Source: an uncultured Methanosarcinaceae archaeon (lineage in GTDB: Archaea > Halobacteriota > Methanosarcinia > Methanosarcinales > Methanosarcinaceae). Taken from it: a DNA stretch of 64,000 nt. The translations under genes and the position numbers were made by a program. The notes beneath the pieces were generated by a model. The model did no database searches. It was not told where the DNA came from and saw nothing but the letters and a program-made list of their open reading frames with translations. The stretch covers positions 128,001 through 192,000 of the forward strand of contig CAWHXP010000005.1 in assembly GCA_963833425.1 (NCBI GenBank). The letters run 5' to 3'. Shown here piece by piece: positions 57,944 through 64,000 of this stretch; position 1 is the stretch's first letter; every line of letters starts with the position of its first letter.

Positions 57944-58272
57944 TTATATTTTATAGTTAAAATGTACAATAAAATATAAATGAGCTAGTTAATAATGATT
58001 ATCAAAAAAGTTTCCGCCTCCCTTATCAAGCTGAGGGGTATTCGAAGAGATCAAATTATTTGAAAATTTTGAAGTATTCGAAGATAAGTACAGGGCGAAT
58101 TTGACAGTGTAGCTAAAGTTCTTTAAAAAATGAATGACCTATTGTTTTTTCTTTCACTGCAAAAAGTAGATGTAGAGCCAATAGCTTTACTGACCCAGCT
58201 TCTGTTTCTATTGTTTTCATTGACAATAGGTTTATGAAGTAAAGCTATGTATCTATTATTAGTGACGCTTGC

Positions 58273-59034
58273 CTATTTTTCTATTACTGTGAACCTCATA
58301 GTGAATTTCATCCCGTTGTCCCTTTTTAAGTTAAATTTCCCATCTAATTGGTCTACAAGGGAAGCTACCAGCTGAAATCCAAGACTATTAAGGCTTTCAA
58401 TTTCAAGGTTCTCAGGAATGCCCACGCCATTGTCTGAGACTCTTAGGATAAAACCAGTGCTCTTACAGCAATTCTTTTTGTTCCCTTCTCTACGAAGTTT
58501 GATTTCAATTTCTCCATTAGCTCTGCCGGAAAATGCATGCTTGAGGGAGTTGGAAATGAGTTCATTAATAATCATTCCTAATGGGACTGCAGTATCCATA
58601 TCAAAGAAAAAGTTTTCTTCCAGATCCATATTTAAGCTAATATCTGCATTTCCAAGCCTGTATGTCAGAAAAATATTTTCAACAAGTTTTCCAAGGTATG
58701 ATGCGAAACAAACTGTGTCATCTCCGCTCCCTTCATGCAGTTCCTCATGAATAAGAGCCATAGATATCACTCTGTGTTGGATTCCCCTGAACGCGTCTAG
58801 GACCTCTGAGTCCATTATATCCTTACGGTCTTTGAACTTTTCAGCCTGAAGGTCAAGAAGGGAAGAGATAACCTGAAGATTATTCTTGATCCTATGATAA
58901 ATTTCCTTTTTCCGGACATTTTCAATATTTGTCAGAGATTCCTCTACCTTTTTAAGCTTCGTAATATTCTGAAATGTTGTTCCCATTTGAATAGGGATAT
59001 TTTTTTTCATCAAAAATAACTTCATTTTGCTCAT
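58273..59034 (-). pseudogene. HisKA_2 histidine kinase, 5'-truncated, H-box altered
   Basis: KKEIYHRIKNNLQ...NSLKHAF...DNGVG...SLGFQLV; no sensor domain; paralog of the kinase at 6771. Confidence 0.75.
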
Positions 59035-59836
59035 TGACTACACGTTCTTTTCATTAGCTAAGATAATCCTATGATCAATGTCATACGGTATTCTAGTTAA
59101 ATTTATTTTAATTGTATTTATGGGGTATAACTTAAGTAGTTTTTGAGGAATAGGTCATTGCTATGTAATAGCAGATGAAAATGTAAATAATACTAGGTTC
59201 TTAACATATATAATATTTTTAGTGTATAACATTATTTTATCTTTCTGGTTTTTCTATTCAATAATTTATTGAGTAGAAAAATTTCACATCTAAAGAAACC
59301 ATTATTGGAGCTTCTGAATTTATGCTGATCTATTTATTCCCAGAAAGCGCGGTGGGAACCTTCAGTCAAAACAATTCAAAACTTGGGGAAATTACTGTAA
59401 AAGGAATGAAAGTTTTCATGCTATCTTTGCTAGTTGAAGGAACTGTGCTTCTCGCAGCTGTCCATTCTCAGTCTATAAATCGAGTCAGAAAAGCAGTTTT
59501 TATTTAATCTAGTAAAGAATTTATTTTTTCTCTTTACTTTGTTGCTCATTATGCCTTTTTTCTTCGACATAAATGGATTCTGGTCTGCTTCACAGGCTGC
59601 AGAATCTATAATGATGTTTGTGATTATCGGAATGCTTTCAAAAGAATTTAAATATCTACTAAACAGTAGCTAAGGAGAATTTCGACATTTTTACTTTCGA
59701 GAATATGGTTGTGTGTAATCTTCGGGGCTAAGATAAATTTTCGCTAAGCTCTTGAGTAACTCATCATTCCAGCAACCGAAAATTACATAGAACGGGAATT
59801 AACAAATATTATATTTAGTAATTTCTCTTCATAATT

Positions 59837-61241
59837 ATGAAGAGAGCCAAAACGCTAGTATATAAAGATGTCAAAAGCACAAAAAAGGGCTTCAGATTTT
59901 ATTATCAGATTGATGACAAAGAATATTCTTTCTGGATATCAACTGATCATTCAAGGATAGAAAATAATGATGAATCTAAAAAGTTGGTTTCAGGTCATAT
60001 AGGTCTTTCCTTTCTAGTCGATATCGCAGTAATCTGCCTTCCTAGGAGAATAATCATAAATGCATTATATATCTCCAATGAGCAACTAAAACTCTGGAAA
60101 TGGATGTACGATGAAGGCTCATTAGAAAGGGCTTATGTTGAACAGATAGATTTGTTTTTTTTAGATACAGTCTGGGAAATGGACCATGAATCTGCTTTGC
60201 TTAAAATACTTAGTAAAATCAGACCTTTAGAAAATGTCACTATTTCCATGAGTGGAGGGAAGGAATCCATTACTGCACTGAATCTTTTGAAAAACTATCC
60301 TTCTCTGTCACTACTGTTTTTAGATTGTAATGATAAAAACTCATTTCATATGAGAAAAGCTTATGACTTGCTGAGAAAACATTTTAATAATTTCCAGAAC
60401 AACACCAATATAAGCCATACTGGAATATTAGTGAATAAATATGAATGCAAATATTATGCTATGTCTTTAATAGGGCAGCTAGTTTTCATCAGTTTTCTGT
60501 ATTCTGACAAGATAAATTATTTGATAATTGGGACTGAATATAGTTCAAATTTCGGAAATCCAGACGATAAAGGAATCACTCTTAACCATCAATTTGATAA
60601 ACCAATTCAATTTGCGAAAAGAGTCAATGATGATCTAAAAAATTATTTTAATAGTGTTATAAATTATACATCGCCGTTTTTTGGTTTATATGAATATAGA
60701 ATAGCTGAAATTTTTTTCTCTGATAATAATTATTTAGATATCTGGACAAGCTGCAATAACTCAAATTCAAAACGTAACTTTTGCTGCAAATGCCCGAAAT
60801 GTGCTTTTATATATATTATTTCTCTTCCTTTTGTAGAAAAATATATTTTAGATAAGTACTTTGTTGAAAATCCACTTGAAAATATATAATTATGCAAGCC
60901 GCTTATTGATATGCATTCCGATAACCCTATCGATTACGTGGGAGAAAAAAAGAATGTTGGGTAGCTCTTTATAAAATATTGGAGCAAAACAAATAAGTGA
61001 TTCCAATGTGATGCTGTATTATAAGAACGAAATCTTACCGAAAATATGGCAAGATTTGCAAAATATGGAATTAGAAGTCAAAACAGAACAATTTCAATTA
61101 AAGCATTTTCCGGATAAATTATTAAAATATATGCCAACTAGCTTTTTCGTTTCTGCCAGTCAGTTAACTGCACTAGGCTCAAACTTTACAATTTCGTCTT
61201 TGAAATCTATAAATGGAGATGATTCAAAAATTCAAAACTAG
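59837..61241 (+). pseudogene. MurL-like / PP-loop adenylating enzyme with broken C-terminus
   Basis: SMSGGKES PP-loop, NHQFDK, WTSCN...CCKCPKCAFIY. After TAA at 60887-60889 the frame continues LCKPLIDMHSDNPIDYVGE, then shifts. Confidence 0.55.
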
Positions 61242-62187
61242 TCTTTAAATTTTCAAGTTCAGGATGATCGCTATAGCTTTATGATCACGGAAACTGTTCT
61301 GGAACTCTCATTGATACAAGAATAAAATTGGTTTTAGGATTAGCTCGTTAATTTACTTCTCAATTTCTCTTGCAATTGATAATGATTTAATTATATTCCA
61401 GCAATCTTACAATGAAAATAATTTAAATATTGAAAATATCATTATTATTCATATAAGAAATAAAATTCAATAACGCAAAAATCTGGGGAGTAGATATATG
61501 GAAATAAATCTAACCAAATAAAAAGGACTCTAGCTATTTTGCTGTGAGTGTTGCTTTTAGTAACAGCAATATCTACAGCAGTAAACACTAGAATTCTAAG
61601 TACGATACAAATTATAGGTTGTTTCGATAAACATCAGATTTCAACAGGTTCTGTGTAGTTTTTGGGAGTTGAGTGTATTTTTTTAGCTAACGCCGAATCC
61701 ATAAAATTGTTTCTTTTCAGTGTAACTTTAGTTCGACTTAAACCATTTTTAACCAGTAATAACGCCTGAAGTCTCATTTGTTCATCCGAAAACCTTCAAC
61801 AATTTTGTAAAATGGAGATCTAAGCCTGAAACTTGAGTTCTATTATATTTTTTCTTGCTTCATCGTGTTTATTTAATTTTTTTAAATAAACATTATGAGT
61901 TGTTCAAGCTTCTAAATCTGCGGCTTTGTTTTGGGTCTTGCCAATCAGTTGTTGATATTTCATCCTTGAGTAATCTTACCAGCTTCATCCGTTTTTAAGT
62001 TTACCTTTGGACAGGACATTAGGTATAAAAAATAAGTATATGAGTATCCCAAAAAAATCTCAACCTGTTCTGACTAACCACCTTGGATGTAGCAATAAAG
62101 TTGCAGAAAATAAGTATCGAAGAATGATAACTAAGTATCCTAAAAAACGAGGCAAATGATTGAAAGTGTTTAGAACAAAAATTCAGA

Positions 62188-62298
62188 TGCCCGGAGCGTG
62201 ACTCGAACACGCGACCTCCAGATATCTCAGGAGATTAAAGACGCCTTAACCAAAAGTCCCTATGAGTCTGGCGCCCCAACCGACTAGGCTATCCGGGC
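62188..62298 (-). tRNA. tRNA-Met(CAU) with a 37-nt intron (62224-62260) at the canonical 37/38 position
   Basis: GCCCGGA/TCCGGGC acceptor stem, CCAGA-CTCATA^A-TCTGG anticodon arm, GTTCGA T-loop; CTCA/TGAG helix of a bulge-helix-bulge motif. Confidence 0.93.
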
Positions 62299-62482
62299 TT
62301 TCAACACACAAATGTACGAAGCTATATTAAAGGATAGCGATTGGGAGTAATACAAAATTTTTATCAAATAGTTATTCTATGCTAATGCCCTGCAGCTTTC
62401 TGCGGAGATTGAAACCTTCCCAAAAATTGTTATTATTTAATGTATTTAGATGTTGCTCTACTTTTGCATTATAACATAGAAC

Positions 62483-62631
62483 GGTTCCGTTGCAAAAATA
62501 ATTTTACTGCCTTTTTAGGCTATAACTATTGCTTTTTGTATCATTATTGACCTGCTTATAGTATATAAATATCCCATTTGTAATGTTTTTCACTGGTTTT
62601 GTAAAATAGCCAAATTTTTTGCAACGGAACC
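62483..62631. mobile_element. 149-bp IS6-type MITE
   Basis: GGTTCCGTTGCAAAAA...TTTTTGCAACGGAACC. Confidence 0.9.
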
Positions 62632-62675
62632 TTATATTTTAATATTTGCATTATGGCTCTATCCTTCAAAATTTT

Positions 62676-62827
62676 TGTTCTGTTACAAAAATAATTTTAA
62701 GATCTTTTTAGCTATAATTATTGTTTTTTGTGTATCATTATTGACCTGTTTACAGCATATAAATATCTCCCATTTGTGATGTTTTTAATTGATTTTGTAA
62801 AATAGCCAGATTTTTTGCAACGGAACC
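62676..62827. mobile_element. IS6-type MITE, tandem copy
   Basis: Degenerate left repeat TGTTCTGTTACAAAAA, intact right repeat TTTTTGCAACGGAACC. Confidence 0.85.
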
Positions 62828-63069
62828 CTTTTTTATAAGTATGATTATTAAATAGCTTTCTATAGGCTCATTGTAATGTTTCATTTATTGATAATGTTTT
62901 GTATGACAGTATGAATAAAATAGATTCTAGAGTCTCTCAGGTGACTTAGTGGACATTATGGCAAAGTATTTTAGGATCGTATATTTGGTAGATTGTGATG
63001 GTAATCATGAAATGCTTATTCTAATTTTATAAAACAATATTAATATTTTTATAGAATAGTTTTGAAAAG

Positions 63070-64000
63070 TTATAGTCTTATAAACAACTTCATAAGAGTC
63101 GATATAACTATAGCAAGCATAATCCAACCAATTAATCCTTCTAATGTAACCCATTTTCTAAAGTTGTCTCTTGCATGCCAATCTGTTGAGCCCAATCGAG
63201 TGAATGTATTAATACTAAAATATAGAGCATCCCAATAAGATAAAATTGACTTTTTTTCAACTGCGTCTGATAATCTGTAAATTCCGGACTCTTTAAAATA
63301 AATATTTACAGGTTTCGCCTTATTTTTACTTTTGACAACAGATATGGTTGTATGTGGTCTATAGATGTAGGTAAAAGCTAATATAAAAAACCGTGAACAG
63401 TATAAATTGTGTATGAAAGTTTTGTACCGTAGCCGCAGGTAACCCAACTCAGAATATCCGTCAATATTGAAAATAATAAACATTTATTTCTCATTAAGAA
63501 TGTTTGATCGTTAAAAAATGGATAGTTAAAAAGTGATGAGAATTTATCTTTCAATAAAAATATTCGCTAGTTATAGTAAATATCATCTGCTTCTGCATAT
63601 AGTGCTCTGTTATTGTAATAATTCATGAAAATTTTGCAATTTTCTTCGCTAGTAACTATATTTTCAGATATTTTGGGTGCAATTAAGTAGGCATCTTTAT
63701 TAAAAGTCGCCCAGCGGAAGTCAGCATCATTATTAAAAATTCCTTCATAGAAGTCGGCAGAGTTATTAAATATCGCATTTTGGAAGTTGGAATAATTATT
63801 AAATTTCGCCCAGAAGGTAGTTCGTTCGTTAAATCTTGCTCTTGAGAAATCGGCGTAGTTATTAAACTTCGCATTGATGAAGTCGGCAGAATTATTAAAT
63901 AACACATTTGAGAAATTAAGACTGTTATTAAAAATCGAATTTATGACTTTGATATTGCTTTCAATAAAACCTAGTTTTTTGTTTAAATGTGGGTTATGAA
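63070..64000 (-). pseudogene. Pentapeptide-repeat protein with C-terminal two-TM ion-channel-like domain, fragmented; runs off the window edge
   Basis: ADF..A.FN repeats; WDALYFSINTFTRLG..DW...VTLEGLIGWIMLA; frames broken between the two parts. Confidence 0.75.

Noticed and set aside
58010..58050. GC-rich hairpin CCGCCTCCCTTATCAAGCTGAGGGGTATTCG as an IS200-type end
   Set aside because: Too short and imperfect to support without a search.
56800..62298. Island integrated at the 3' end of tRNA-Met
   Set aside because: The region is accessory-like, but I found no duplicate of the tRNA 3' end and no adjacent integrase.
1..64000. CRISPR array or cas genes
   Set aside because: No regularly spaced repeat-spacer series. 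The repeats found are MITEs, IS fragments or coding repeats.

Overview
AT-rich archaeal chromosome segment, most likely Methanosarcina (inferred from protein styles, GGTGA-type RBS, an intron-containing tRNA-Met and HisKA_2 kinases). Intact housekeeping genes (purL, topA, thiC-like, tmk, heat-shock operon regulator-cdc48-hsp20-hsp20, proABC) alternate with decayed accessory DNA (IS6, IS5, IS110, IS256, IS630 and IS200/IS605 remnants, ~150-bp MITEs). The main observation is a kaiC-kaiB-kaiB-kaiB-PAS histidine kinase operon (minus strand) whose kaiC is split at the conserved YDLEGL motif by a ~17.2-kb integrated element (att cores at ~23004-23011 and ~40222-40229). Removing the element in silico restores a continuous ~571-codon KaiC frame, although that frame still carries three nonsense codons. 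The element is laid out like a bacterial phage-inducible chromosomal island: tyrosine integrase, divergent wHTH and AbrB-like regulators, Prim-Pol/P-loop replication gene, candidate origin, small terminase-like gene, and no recognisable capsid genes. It carries IS6-flanked cargo resembling surface-glycan genes. It is a candidate archaeal virus satellite that targets a kaiC gene. All assignments come from reading motifs by eye; no database searches were run.
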